Made by a program: the position numbers and the translations under genes. 64,000 bases of DNA, from positions 16,740,001 through 16,804,000 of the forward strand of contig OX597837.1 in assembly GCA_951406725.2 (NCBI GenBank), given 5' to 3'. Under the pieces are notes generated by a model. That model worked only from the letters and a program-made list of their open reading frames with translations, was not told the DNA's origin and did no database searches. How positions within the stretch are numbered: the first letter of the stretch is position 1; every line of letters starts with the position of its first letter. Shown here piece by piece: positions 49,365-63,489 of the stretch. Source of the DNA: Octopus vulgaris (Eukaryota).

Positions 49365-49845
49365 ATGTGTGCTTCTGCTTCCGTGTGCTTGCATGGTTGT
49401 GTGTCTGTGTGTGAGTTTGTGTGTTTGTGCATGTGCACCTGTTATGTATGCATGTGCGCCTATGTATGTTTGTGTGTGCATGTGTAGTATGTGTATTCCT
49501 TGTGTGTATATATGTATGTGTGTGAGCCTGTGTATGTATGTGCATGTACGTGCATATATGTATATATGTGGTATGTGTGTGCATATGTATGCACGGTATG
49601 TGTGTGTCTGTGCATGTATGTGTGTGTGCCTGAGTGCTTTATGTATGCTTGAGTGTGTTTGTATGGTCATGTGTTCCTGTTTCCGTGTGTGTGTGTGTGC
49701 GCGTGCTTTTGTAAGTGTATATGTGCGTATCTGCCCACACTACCTATTTACCTACCTATCTAGCTATCTATCTACCTACCTACATACATACATACATACA
49801 TACATACATACATACATACATACATTCATACAAACATACGCATAA
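49212..49845. repeat. Degenerate (TG)n then (TACC)/(TACA)n microsatellite
   Basis: Seen directly. Confidence 0.9.
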
Positions 49846-49890
49846 CTATTCACTTGCCTGTCTCCCCACCAATCTACTGACCTACATAAC

Positions 49891-51195
49891 TGTTGGAGGG
49901 AATTAGAAATAATGGCACACTCCTCTCATGTGACGAATGGAATAACATAGTCACTATAAGTAAAGAGAAGTACGTGAGGACAAGAGTACATAGTAGGTCG
50001 TCAGAGATTGTTGTGTCTTTACTGGTTTTACTAAGTACAGTGTATACCGAAGTGGGTATTATGATATTTCAACATTTTAAGGATGTATCAGTGGCGACGA
50101 AGATAAACCAATTCACGTGGAATTAATAGAAACTTGAAAAGGAATTAAAAAATTCACAAAGTTTTGTTGTGCAAATTTTATGGAAAAAATCGTGAAATTA
50201 TGGTAAATTTTCTGGCTGGTTTGCTTGAGCTGCAAAAACAACACCAACAGAAAGAACAACAACACAGCAGCTACAAGTGCAAGAACAACAGCTGAAGCAA
50301 CAAAAATAACTGAAAGAACAACATCAGCGGCAGATACAACTGCAAGAGCAACAATAACAGCAAATAATATTATAACAACAAATGCTGAAGTCATCAGGAA
50401 AGTCAGAAAAAGTGTTCTCAACAGACTATGTCACAAACTCCATAACAGAGTTCAAATACGAACTTGACATAGGACAAATTTCCAAGAAGAAATGTAAAGA
50501 TTGGGATGACAAGATGAAAATGCACTTAATCTTGAGAGAACTGGCGGCAACAGAACATGAACAATATAGTGATTATGTACTCCCAAGAAAACCTTCAGAC
50601 ATAAATTTTAATGATACAATAGATATATTGTGTAAAATTTCCAGTGAAAAAAGCTCATTGTTCAATACACATTGGAAGTGTCTGAACATAGAGAAAAACA
50701 ATGACCAGAACTACATCATATATGCTGGTAAAGTTAACAGGGAATGCGAGAAGTTCGAGCTTGATGAATTAATGCCAGATATGTTCTAATGCCTGATTTT
50801 TACACACTGAGTTACTGCCAAAAAGGACACAGAAGTTAGAACCAGAATTCTTGCAAAGCTGGAACAAAACCAAGATGTAACCCTACAGCAAGTGTCAGAA
50901 GACTGTGAAAGGATAGTCAAATTAAGACACGACATGGAGGAAATTGAATATAAAAAATATTTCTAAGTATAATCAGGATAGAGATAAAGTGTTTTCTGAA
51001 AAAACACGACAAAAATCAGGATATAAACCCATGTTTTGCATGTGGAGATATATACCTGAGGAAAAATTGTCCATTTAAAAAAGCGGAGTGCTTTTGTTGT
51101 GGTAATATAGGACATATAAAGATGCACTGTAGAACGAAGATGATAAAATGTCAGAACAAAGGAAAAAGAAGAAATAGTATGCCATCAGAAGAAAT
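49891..51195 (+). mobile_element. Mag-like Gypsy retrotransposon remnant: 5' LTR, PBS and decayed gag
   Basis: LTR TGTTGG..TTCAACA (49891-50074); PBS-like TGGCGACGA (50092); gag SITEFKY..EHEQYSDYVLPRKP..YAGKVNRECEKF; two knuckles CFACG..C and CFCCGNIGHIKMHC. Confidence 0.85.
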
Positions 51196-51199
51196 TGGT

Positions 51200-51312
51200 A
51201 CTGCTGTGCAAGGTGACTATTTTGAAAGAGATGATGTTAAAACTTAGGTAAATAAGATATTTTTTTTTTATTAAATATAACTAGTCCGGAAACCTTTTCA
51301 TACTACCTCATA
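51200..51312 (+). mobile_element. Mariner terminal fragment (family of 28899-29765)
   Basis: Resembles the reverse complement of 28899-28997; ends ACTAGTCCGGAAACCTTTTCATACTACCTCA-TA. Confidence 0.7.
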
Positions 51313-51339
51313 TATATGTGTGTGTATGTGTATATATAC

Positions 51340-51909
51340 ACAGAACTTGAGGCGATCCAACGAAGCTACACAAAGAAGATAGCCTCTGTGCAGCATATAA
51401 GCTATTGGGAAAGACTCAAGAGATTGAGACTCTATTCCTTAGAGCGTAGGCGAGAAAGATATGCCATAATATACATCTGGAAGATCCTAGAAGGACTTGT
51501 CCCAAACTTTGGCATCGAGAGTTACACAAATGTCAGAACTGGGTGCCACTGCATAGTGCCAAGGACTCCAAATTTGCCATCAAGATGTAGGACAAGATAC
51601 TGTGATAGCCTGGGCTTCCAAGGCCCACAGCTCTTCAATATCCTCTCGAAGAACCTAAGAGACCTGCATGGGGTGGATGCAGATGTCTTTAAAATTAAAC
51701 TGGATCTCTTCTTGTCAGGTGTCCCAGATGAACCAACTTCACGGCAGGAGGTGCAGATGAGGGCAGCTGCATCGAACTCTCTCATGTACCAGATGGCATT
51801 TGCTAAAATGCATTCGTGAAGTAAAATCATGTAGCAACACCAAATGGCGGTGCCCCAGCATGGCCACAGCTTGTGAGCTGAAACTAAATAAAATAAAATA
51901 AAATAAATA
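51340..51909 (+). mobile_element. 3' fragment of a CR1/L2-type LINE with (TAAAA)n tail
   Basis: ELEAIQRSYTKKI..SYWERLKRLRLYSLERRRERY..GPQLFN..FKIKLDLFL..PDEP. Confidence 0.9.
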
Positions 51910-51917
51910 TCTATATA

Positions 51918-52086
<169 letters not shown>

Positions 52087-52153
52087 TTACTCCACCACCT
52101 ACACCACCAAACGGTATACACAGGTGCTTATAATTATCAAGTACTCACCCCGA

Positions 52154-52197
<44 letters not shown>

Positions 52198-52204
<7 letters not shown>

Positions 52205-52760
52205 ATCATATCAAAGGGAAATGGAAATTAATAGAAATTTTCATTTCCAGTGGCCTAGCATGTAAAAATTTAGTCCAAAGACTATGTATTAGTCATAAAA
52301 TACAGTGTACATTTAAACTCATAAGGAATCCACTTATGGGATTCAACATACTAGAAAGAACTTCAACAGGAACCAAATGAAAAAATAAAAACATGTTACC
52401 ATCTAATTTCCTGGACCAATTGGTTTCTTATTTTAGTTTAGCAAGTAAATAACTTTTACTCGCGAGGTGAAATCGTTTTCAACAGGTACACCTTAGATTA
52501 AATATAGAAACACAAGGCAATCAAACTATGTGCCCCTTATTTATACATCCTAATTTTTTCAAAATCTACTGTGCAGACGCAGTCCTTCGCCGGCAATAAA
52601 AATACGCCAACTTTTAAAAACCAAAAATTATCCAAAGACTTACAATATTTAATCATATTAAAGGGAAATGGAAATTAATAGAAATTTTTACTCCAGTGGC
52701 CTAGCATGTAAAAATTTAGTCCAAAGATTATGTATTAGTCATAAAATACAGTGTACATTT
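52198..52760. repeat. Unit with ~115-bp terminal direct repeats (period ~447 bp)
   Basis: TTTAATCATA..AAAGGGAAATGG..CAGTGTACATTT at 52201-52314 and 52648-52760. Confidence 0.85.
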
Positions 52761-52949
52761 TAAAAGAGTCCCCTTAAAGCGTGTAGTTTTAAGTATAGTA
52801 AATAGCCTTTGGTATTATAATGTATTTTATATATGAAGGAAAAAAATTATATACTTTGTATTAATATTTTTCCTTAATTGGTTTTACATGCTGGCTACTC
52901 GATAAAATATTATATAGATTTTATCCATTTATTTTATTTACATTGTTTT

Positions 52950-53768
52950 TGATTTTGTCAACTACACAGTATAGTAGGGTCAGTTGGGTACCATCTGTGA
53001 GAAAAACACAGCACCATGATGCAATTCACTCTGCCAAAAATTTGGAAACAACATGCTGTACTGCTTGGCATTTGTGCCAGAAGCTCCAATACAAACATTT
53101 CAGAGTGTTTGGGTGTCAATCTGAGAACAGTGCAATCTAAGGACATGTACCAAGAGTGATAAAAATCAAACATCCAGTCAACATTATGGTGTTTGGAGTG
53201 ATCACTAGTGATGGTGACATAATGCCTCCATTCATCTTCCCACACGGCCTCAGACTCAAACACGGAAACCTACATCAAGTACCTGGAGGAGGTAGTATTA
53301 CTCTGGGTCAAGAAGGTGGCTGCTGGAAGACCCTGTGTCTAACAACAGGACTCTGCACCATGAAAGACATGAGCAGGAGAACCTGGTCATGGCTGTCAGA
53401 CCTCATCACCTCTAACATCTGACCACCTTACTTCCCAGACTGCACCCCTCTTGATTATTATGTGTAGGGCGAATTTGAGTGAAAGACCAACAAATCTTGT
53501 AACACCAAAGATGAACTGAAGGCAAGGATTTTAGCAGCATTCACCGATTGAAATAAGAGCACTGTCCAGAAGTGTTACAGGAAATTCCGTAGTCGTCTGG
53601 AGACTGTGGAGGTTCAAGCCAAATGGCGATTTTATTGAATAAATTTATTTTTTAGTATTTCAAGATATTTTTCTGTAATTTTGGTAAATATATCAGTTAA
53701 AATGAGATCTCAGTGTTATTTTCGTTTTTGCGTAACTTAGATGACAATTTATTCACCACACGTTGTAT
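52950..53768 (+). mobile_element. Internally deleted Tc1/mariner-superfamily transposon
   Basis: KHPVNIMVFGVITSDGDIMPPFIF; *PPYFPDCTPLDYYV (WPP.SPD.NPLDY-like); KFRSRLE; ends ..CACGTTG-TA. Confidence 0.8.
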
Positions 53769-53984
53769 ATAGAACATATATATATGTGTGTGTGTGTGTA
53801 TTATTTTTTATTTTTTACTTTTTTTTACTTTTTATTTTTTATTTTTTACTTTTTTTCCCTTGTTTATTTTTTACTTTTTATTTTTTTTACTTTTTTTACT
53901 TTTTTTTTTTACTTTTTATTAAAATTTTATGTATTGATTAAGTCTTTCCTTGTTTGTTTTGCAAAATAGTGGTTTTGTCTCTAA

Positions 53985-54077
<93 letters not shown>

Positions 54078-55107
54078 TCTCCTCCCTCCTGGCATCACTT
54101 CACTAACGAAGATTAGGAAGGCTGTTGTCCACATCATCTGCACGCTTGTTCGTGGCTGATGAGGCCAATGTGGGATCGAAATATCCAATTGCAGTGATGA
54201 CAGAGGTATGGTTGTTCAGGGTCTGATGATGCAGCTGCATTTTTTTTTTGCCTCTGACATTTGTCTTCAAGAGAGGTACTGCAAGAGATCTCAAAGGAGG
54301 AAACAACATCACTGATGGTATGGTGTCATGTGACATGGTCAGCTGTTAGAGTGAACCACTCATGATAATCAATATATATATATGTTAAAACTAAAGTTGA
54401 AATTTAAAATTTTAACTTTTGTATGCCACTAAAGCATGCTCACTGCCCATTGCTACTTAGCATCATCCATGGTAATTGCACAATTATCACTGTATCAACG
54501 TTAGAAATTCCTCGGAGTATGTTGAATATGGTAGAAACAATAGATATGAAAAATAGAATAAACTGGAAACTTTATTTAACACAACGATCATTTCAACATA
54601 TCCTGCATTGCTCCCACGTGGGTGGGAAAGTATACAATGAATTATGGTGCATCCCATAGTGCAAAAGATCTCATCAGGGGATGAAACACAGTTTCTTATT
54701 ACAGAAGTAATGTTTCACTCTTAATATCAACTAGAGCATGTTGATAGCAGTCGTCTCTAAAATACATCGAGAAGTAATGGCAAAGAATAAATTAAGTTGC
54801 TAAGCTGTGGATACAAACAGGAAGTAATTAAGAAGAACAATACAATACAAAGAATAAGGAAAATAAAGCATGCAATAAATTAAAATGAAACACACTATTA
54901 AGTGTGTCTATATCTAACCCGCTGTTCTGTAGACTAGCTGCTGGTAATAAATCCTTTGATGGTCAGCCACACCGTGGAAATTAACTCATTGTGAGTGAGT
55001 GATGCAGGATGTGTTGAAACAATTGTTGTTATAAAGTTTCCAGTATATTCTATCTTCCATAGCCATTGTTTCTACTATATATATATATATAAATATATGT
55101 GCATGTA

Positions 55108-55192
<85 letters not shown>

Positions 55193-55197
<5 letters not shown>

Positions 55198-55386
55198 ATC
55201 CAAACAAGAAAACACAGAAAAAAAGAGAAAAAATGAGAAAAAAACACAGCAACGCAGGACGTGGAACAATTAAAGTATTATTGACGCTCGGGAAAGAAGG
55301 GAAGGAGGATTTAACGTTTCGAGCGGAGCTCTTCGTCGGAAACAAGGAGAAGGAAAGATCCCAAGGAGGGAAGACAGAGGAGAAAA
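55193..55386 (-). mobile_element. Penelope-like terminal-repeat fragment with minimal hammerhead motif
   Basis: Minus 55342-55310: TTT-CCGACGA-A-GAGC-TCC-GCTC-GAAAC-GTT-AAA; abuts (TA)n; similar decayed copy at 62600-62775. Confidence 0.65.
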
Positions 55387-55486
55387 TATTTGAGCTGGTA
55401 GTGCTCAAGAGATCACATGTTGAAAGAACAGAAGTTGAAGGTGGTCGAAACATGGTTTTACAAGGCAGAGAGTTCCAAAAAAGGAA

Positions 55487-55529
<43 letters not shown>

Positions 55530-55679
55530 AAGATGACAAGTGTGTTTGTGCGTGCGTGTGTGTGTGTGTGTGTGTATTTTTGGTGAATAAAGGCAATGAC
55601 AAAGCCAGCTGTCAATGACTAATAGCTGTTTGTATCAGGCCAGGTCAAAGCCGGGTCAAAAAAACAAAGGGCTATATGT

Positions 55680-56311
55680 ATCATGTGTGTGTGCTGTTTG
55701 TAGTGTGTGCATGTATGTGTTCGTGTGTGTATGCATAGAGTGTGGCTGTGTGGCGGGTAACTGTTTAACCTAGTGCGTGTGTGCTTGTACGTGCGTGTGT
55801 GTGTGTGTGTGTAGGGATGTATGTGTGGGTTCATTTGTATGAGAGTGTATGTATGTACGTGTATGTGTGTGCGTGTATGTGTGCGTTTGTATGTGTTTGT
55901 GTGTATGTGTGCGTGCGCGGATAGGTGTATATTGTGTATGTATATCTGTCGGTGTGTATGTGAGTTTGTGTGTGTTTGTACGTGTGTATGTGTGTGTGAG
56001 TGTATAGTATATATATATATGTAAATGTGTGTGTGTGTGCGTGTGTGTGTACGTGCGTGCGAGTGAATGTATGTATATATGTGTGCGTGTGTGTACAATG
56101 TAGGGGCTTATATGTGTGTTTATATGTGTGTGTATGTATGTGTGTATGTGTGTATGTGTGAGTATGTGTATGTATGTATGTATATGTATGCGTGTGTGTA
56201 TGTATGTATGTGTGTATGTGTGTGTGTATGTGTGTATGTATGCGTGTGTGTATGTATGTATGTGTGCATGTGTGTGTGTATGTGTGTATGTATGTATGTA
56301 TGTGTGTGTGT

Positions 56312-56344
<33 letters not shown>

Positions 56345-57410
56345 CGTATGTATGTATGTGTGTGTGTATGTGTGTAAGTGTGTGTGTATGTATGTATGTA
56401 TGTACGTATGTGTGCATGTATGTATTTTTGCATGCGTGTATGTGTGTATGTGCGTGTGTACATATGTATGTTTATGTATGTGTGTGTATGTATGTATGTA
56501 TCTATGTATGTAGTGTATGTATGTGTGTGTATGTATGTATGTGTGCATGCGTGTATGTGTGCAAGTGTGTATGTATATATATGTGTGTGTATGTGTGTGT
56601 GTATGTATGTATATGTGTGTGTATGTATGTGCGTATGTATGTATGGATGTGTGTGTATGTGTGTGTGTATGTGTGTGTATGTATGTATGTATGTATGTGT
56701 ATGTGTGTAAGTTTGTGTGTATGTATGTATGTACGTGTGTGTGTATGTATGTGTGTGTATGTATGTGTGCGTGCGTGTGTGTGTATGTGTGTGTGCATGT
56801 ATGTATGTATATGTATGTTTGTGTATGTATGTATGTGTGTATGTATGTGTGTATATGTATGTATGTGTGTGTGTGTGTGTGTATGTATATGTATGCGTGT
56901 GTGTATGTATGTGTGTATGTATCTATGTATGTGTGTATGTGTGTGTGTGTATGTATGTGTGTATTCGTGTGTGTGTGTGTATGTATGTGTGTATGTATGT
57001 ATGTATGTATGTATGTGTGTGTGTACGTGTGTGTATGTATGCATGTATGTATGTGTGTGTATGTATGTGTGTGTGCGTGTGTGTGTGGGTATGTGTGTGT
57101 GTATGTATGTGTGTATGTATATGTATGTAAGGTACATGTGCGTGTGTGCGCTTACGTGCGCTTATCTGTGCGTCCCAGCTAGGTGTTTATAGGAGTGTGT
57201 CTATCTGTATGAGTATTGTCCCTGGTGTGTGTGCACAGGCATGTGTGTGTATGCGCGTGGGGGTGTGGGGTGTGTGGGGGTGGGTGGGGGGTGGCTGTGT
57301 GTATGGGTGTGGAAGTATGTGTGCGTACATGTGCATGTACGTTGTGTGTGTGTGGTGTGTTGGGAGTAGGTGTGTTCGTGGGTACGTTAGTATGTGTGTG
57401 TGTGTGTGAC
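55680..57410. repeat. Compound (TG)n/(TATG)n microsatellite, ~1.7 kb
   Basis: Seen directly. Confidence 0.95.
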
Positions 57411-57494
57411 TGCATAAGGACAATTATAAAAAAAAAAAAAATAATAAATAAATAATAATTAATAAACAAAAAATAAAAAATAAAAAATAAATGA

Positions 57495-60128
57495 TGCGTG
57501 GGGAGAAGTGGAGCGCAGTCACTAAGAGGAGGGGGCTGTGTTGAGTCCGTGTGGGGTTTGAGTCCGTAGAAGGAATATGAACCGTTGCTCCAAGTGAAGC
57601 CTAGTTTGGGGAGAGCCGTTGTGTGGGGCAAGACCAAACACCGAGATGTCATCGGGGGAATGGCTGGCCGAGCGGAAGTGCCGTGCGACGGGAGAATTGG
57701 AAAGTAGACGAACATCCGCAGATGCTCGGCGAATCGGTCTGACAACCGGCGTCCCGTCTGTCCTATATACAGCATCCTGCAGCGGTTGCATTTAATGCAG
57801 TATATGAGTCCAGACGAGGTGCACGTAAAGGAATACCTGATACGTACAGTTCGCCGGTTGGAACCGGTGACAGCAGTGGTGTTGGTGATGAAGGGGCAGG
57901 TGTTGCAGCGGGATCTGGAGCATGGGAAGGATCCGAGTGGGGCCGAGGGGGAAGAAGGGAGGGTGCTACGGACCAGGAAGTCGCGTAGATTCCGGGCTCG
58001 TTTGATGGAGGACAGGGGTGGGTTGGGGAAAATGGGGTGGGTCGTGGAATCAAGCTGGAGACGACGGAAGGCACGAAGTATCTTCCGACGAAGGGGTAGA
58101 GTAGAGGGGTGGAAAAGGAGGGGAAAGGGGGTGCGGTTGGGGGGGTGATTGGAAGGAGAAAGGGCGGTGGTGCGGTCGATGCGACGAGCGCGGGCGAGGG
58201 CGTTCAAGACCAGGGTAGGTGGATATCCTCGAAGCCTGAACAGGCGGGCCAGGTATTGAGACTGGGTCTCGAAATCCTCGTCGCGGCTGCACAAGCGTCG
58301 GAGGCGGAGGAACTAGGAGTAGGGGATAGCCCGTTTGGTGTGGAAGGGATGGGAGGAGGAGAAGTTGAGATAGAGGTGGGAATCCGTGGGTTTGAAGAAG
58401 GCGGAGGTGGTGAGAGAGTGGGAGTGGTGGTCGATGCTGAGTGAGATATCAAGGAAGTTAACGGAAGTATTGGATATGGTGGAAGTGAATTGTAGAGAGG
58501 GGTGGAAGTTAGAGAGGAAAGAGATATATACAGTCGTCTATGTAACGACCGTATAGTTCTGGGGTCGGCCCGGAGAATTGGGAGAATACTTGGGCCTCAA
58601 TGTAGCCAACAAAGGGATTGGCGAAATTGGGACCCATTCTCGTTCCCATCGCGACCCCGGACGCCTGTTGGTACGTTTCCCCGGCGAACGTGGAACAGTT
58701 AAGGGTTAGGACGAGCTCTGCCAGGCGGAGGAGGGTGGGGGTGCTAGGGGTGGGGTCGGGGCGACGGTCGAGGAAGTGTTGGAGAGCTAGGAGACCGTCG
58801 TTGTGGGGAATTACTGTATACAGCGATTTGATGTCAAGGGTGAAGAGGAGGTGTGAGGGGCTGGAAGGGAAGGAAAAAGAATGGAAGAGACGGAGGGCGT
58901 GGTTGGTATCATGTATGTGGGAAGGGAGGGCTTTGACTAAAGGGGACAGGATACGGTCGAGGTATAGGGAAATGTGTTCAGTAGGGCAATTACAGGCGGA
59001 AACGATGGGGCGGCCCGGGGTATTGGGCTTATGAATTTTGGGAAGGAAATAGATGGTGGAGGTGCGGGGTGTGCGGACGATGAGGTTGGTGGCGGTGGGG
59101 GGGAGCAGAAGAGGAGATGAGTTCGCGGATAGTGGAGGACACTCGCTGTTGGTAGGAAGAGGTGGGATCAGAGGGGAGGAGGCGATAGAAGAGGGGATTT
59201 TGAAGCTGGCTGAGCGCTTCCTCCCTGTAAAGATCCGCGCGCCACACCACCACTGCTCCGCCTTTGTCCGCCGGTTTGATGACAATGTCATTGCGGCCAC
59301 GGAGGTGGCGAAGGGTAACCAATTCAGCCTGTGTGAGGTTGTCTCGGAGAGGTCTTTTTAAAAAATTAAACCGGTTTACCAACGCGTTGCAGTCGTTCAC
59401 AAACGAGTCTAGACTACTGAATTGGCCCGGGGGCGGCGTCCAGTTGGATGGGCGGCGCCCCAGCTCCAAAAAGCAATCCTGATTGTCGTGACGCTGCGGA
59501 GACGCGTGGTAGAAGGCGCAAAGTTTGAGGCGGCGCAGGAACTGGTTGACGTCCGTCCGAGTCTCGAATTCGTCACAGTGGCGCGTGAGAGGCGTGAAGC
59601 GAAGTCCCTTACTGAGGAGAGGGCGCTCGGCTGCGGAGAGGGGGAGATTGGGGGGTATAGTGACAACAGTGCGAGGAAGCGGGGTGGTGGGATGAGTGGG
59701 GTCGGGAAGAGGGGGTGCAGAGGTGTGGGGAGGAGAGTGGGGGTGGTTAGGTGAAGTGGGGGTAGGCGTAGAAAGGTCAGGGTGGGGGTATTGGTGCGTG
59801 GAGGGGGAAGGGGGAGGGGTGGAGAGAGTCGGGGGAGCTCGAGGGGAGGAAGTGGAGGATGTGGAGGAGAGGGGAGGGGAAAGAGGTGAAGGGTTGAGGA
59901 GGTGGTGGAGTTTTTTGTTTTTTGTGTGTGTGAGGAAATTATGAAGCTGGTGGTTGAGATTAAGAATGAAGCGGAGAATAGGTTGGGTGAAGAGTGGAGG
60001 GCAGAGAAAGGAGAGAAGAAGGTAAGCTTGGGGAAATAGGTGGTCAAGGGAGTGGAGGAGAGAGCGGGTGGAACGGATGGTAGCACGGATGAGGAGGCGG
60101 GAAGTGCGGGCGAGGGTGGGTTCGATGA
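57495..60128 (-). mobile_element. Penelope-like element: RT + GIY-YIG endonuclease, frameshifted
   Basis: IVIKPADKGGAVVVW, YFLPKIHK..PGRPIVS, LDIKSLYT, GVAMGTRMGP, RYIDD; FTCTSSGLIYCIKC..LYIGQTGR.LSDRFAEH; E..FIF.L.T..PHGLN. Confidence 0.93.
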
Positions 60129-60272
60129 AGGGATATATATATATATATATTGTTATATTTCGGAATGGTCATTTTGCCAGTTTAGCCAATAAAAACACAC
60201 GCACTATATATTTGGTGTTACTTTGCTTCAGTGTTATTTATTTTTTACATTAATCTTAATCTTATTTCGGCC

Positions 60273-61855
<1,583 letters not shown>

Positions 61856-61937
61856 AATACACAGATAAATAAACTAATAGAAATAAATAACTATATATAT
61901 GTATGTATATGTATATATATATATATGTATATATATA

Positions 61938-62372
61938 TAATAGAAATATTAAAATAACTAAGTCTCTCTAAAAGAGAACAGCGGCAGCGTTCCCGGAAAA
62001 TAATAGTTATCGCAATACTAATATGGCATTCTCATAAAAATAAGAAAAAAGCTGTCCGCTTATTAGCTCCATGAGGCCATCGCCTTAAGTTAGCTATTTG
62101 ATACACAAACTGTATCCATATAACCTTCGAACAAGGGAGGTCAGTCGCTCCACACTACTTGACCGGCAGCTACAGACGCGTTTCGGGGTATTGCTCCTTT
62201 TCAATGCAGCGTAGCCAGCCAGTAGGTGTCGCTTCCGACAATCTCTGTTCGATGGTTTTATTTACCTAGTTTCGGTGGAATACATCCACTTGTTTTCAAT
62301 AATAGAAATATTAAAATAACTAAGTCTCTCTAAAAGAGAACAGCGGCAGCGTTCCCGGAAAATAATAGTTAT
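61938..62372 (-). mobile_element. 362-bp unit with 73-bp terminal redundancy and hammerhead-like motif
   Basis: 61938-62010 = 62300-62372; minus 62210-62169 GCTGCA-TTGAAAA-GGAG-CAATA-CCCC-GAAAC-GC-GTC-TGTAGC. Confidence 0.7.
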
Positions 62373-62537
62373 AAACAGAAGATACAAATATTACAGGCAT
62401 CCCCCACTTACACACACTAAATAAACATAAACGCACATAGAGATATAAGCATGCGCAAATGAAGACATACAATAGAAATACAAAATGGCTGACGGTTAGT
62501 AAGGAGAGACACAAATAAGAAAGAAGAAAACAAAGGA
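62371..62537 (+). repeat. Inverted copy of 60273-60441 (also 61854-61915 inverts 60795-60850)
   Basis: Near-exact reverse complement, visible as the same LCFLLSYLCLSLLTVSHF peptide on opposite strands. Confidence 0.9.
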
Positions 62538-63489
62538 CCACTGATGCAGTCACAGGAAATCTTGCACAACAAATATTTAAACGTATATATATATATATAT
62601 ATATAAAATCCAAAAGAACAAACACAAAAAAACAGCAATGCAAGGACATGGTACATGTAAAGTATTAACAGACACTCAGGTAAGGAAAGAAAGATGGTTT
62701 AATGTTTCATGCACACTCCCTTCTTCGGAAACAGAGGAAAGTCCAATAGAAGGGAAGACGGAGGAAGAAAATCACAAATGAATATACAGGCATACCTCAG
62801 CTTAAGTCATTCTCAATTATACATTGGCTTTCAAAAATAATACACGGAAAAATAAAAATTAAGTCGTCATTTTACTTGACTTTACGTCTGTCCGTTACAA
62901 ATATTGTAATCGTAAAATCACCAGAAAACCATTAAAAGCGCATAAGATCATGTTACTGTAAAATATAAATAAGAATAAAAGCATATAAAATCATATTAAA
63001 ATATGTACAGTAAATGTTAAGTTACACATCATAAAGTAGTGTAGCTTAGTGAACAAAATCACGAAATCACCAAATTGTATGTTCATATTAGTAAATTTAA
63101 AATAATGATTTTTTTTACTATTGCATAATAATAATAATTACTGAATTTGTTTTTTAAGCTTAAAAAATGCTTTTCTTTTACCATGTCTTATTGCAAACCA
63201 CATTCATAAATAAAGCATCCGCAATGTACTGTAAACACCACCAAATTATACTCATAGATTTAGATTACGCTTTTTTTTTACTGTACTGTATTAAAAAATA
63301 AAATTATTTGTTTTTAAGCTTAAAATAGATTTTCATTCACCATGTATTATTGAAAATGCATTCATAAATAAAGTACAGAAGTGGGAATGGTTATTATCAG
63401 TTTAATCCAGAGACAAGTAAATTAAGCCTAGCCTAGCCTAGAGACAAGTTAATTCGACTTAAGTTATTTTTCGACTTAAGTTGTGTCTC

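Noticed and set aside
28899-51312. Two inverted mariner ends bracketing 22 kb as one composite transposon
   Set aside because: Both are the same (3') end of separate decayed copies; no evidence of joint mobility.
55619-57423. Cys/Val/Met- or His/Thr-rich ORFs
   Set aside because: Translations of (TG)/(TATG)n; the same applies to 49069-49906.
63060-63380. Degenerate ~165-bp tandem repeat
   Set aside because: Only patchy similarity in AT-rich DNA; cannot be delimited reliably.
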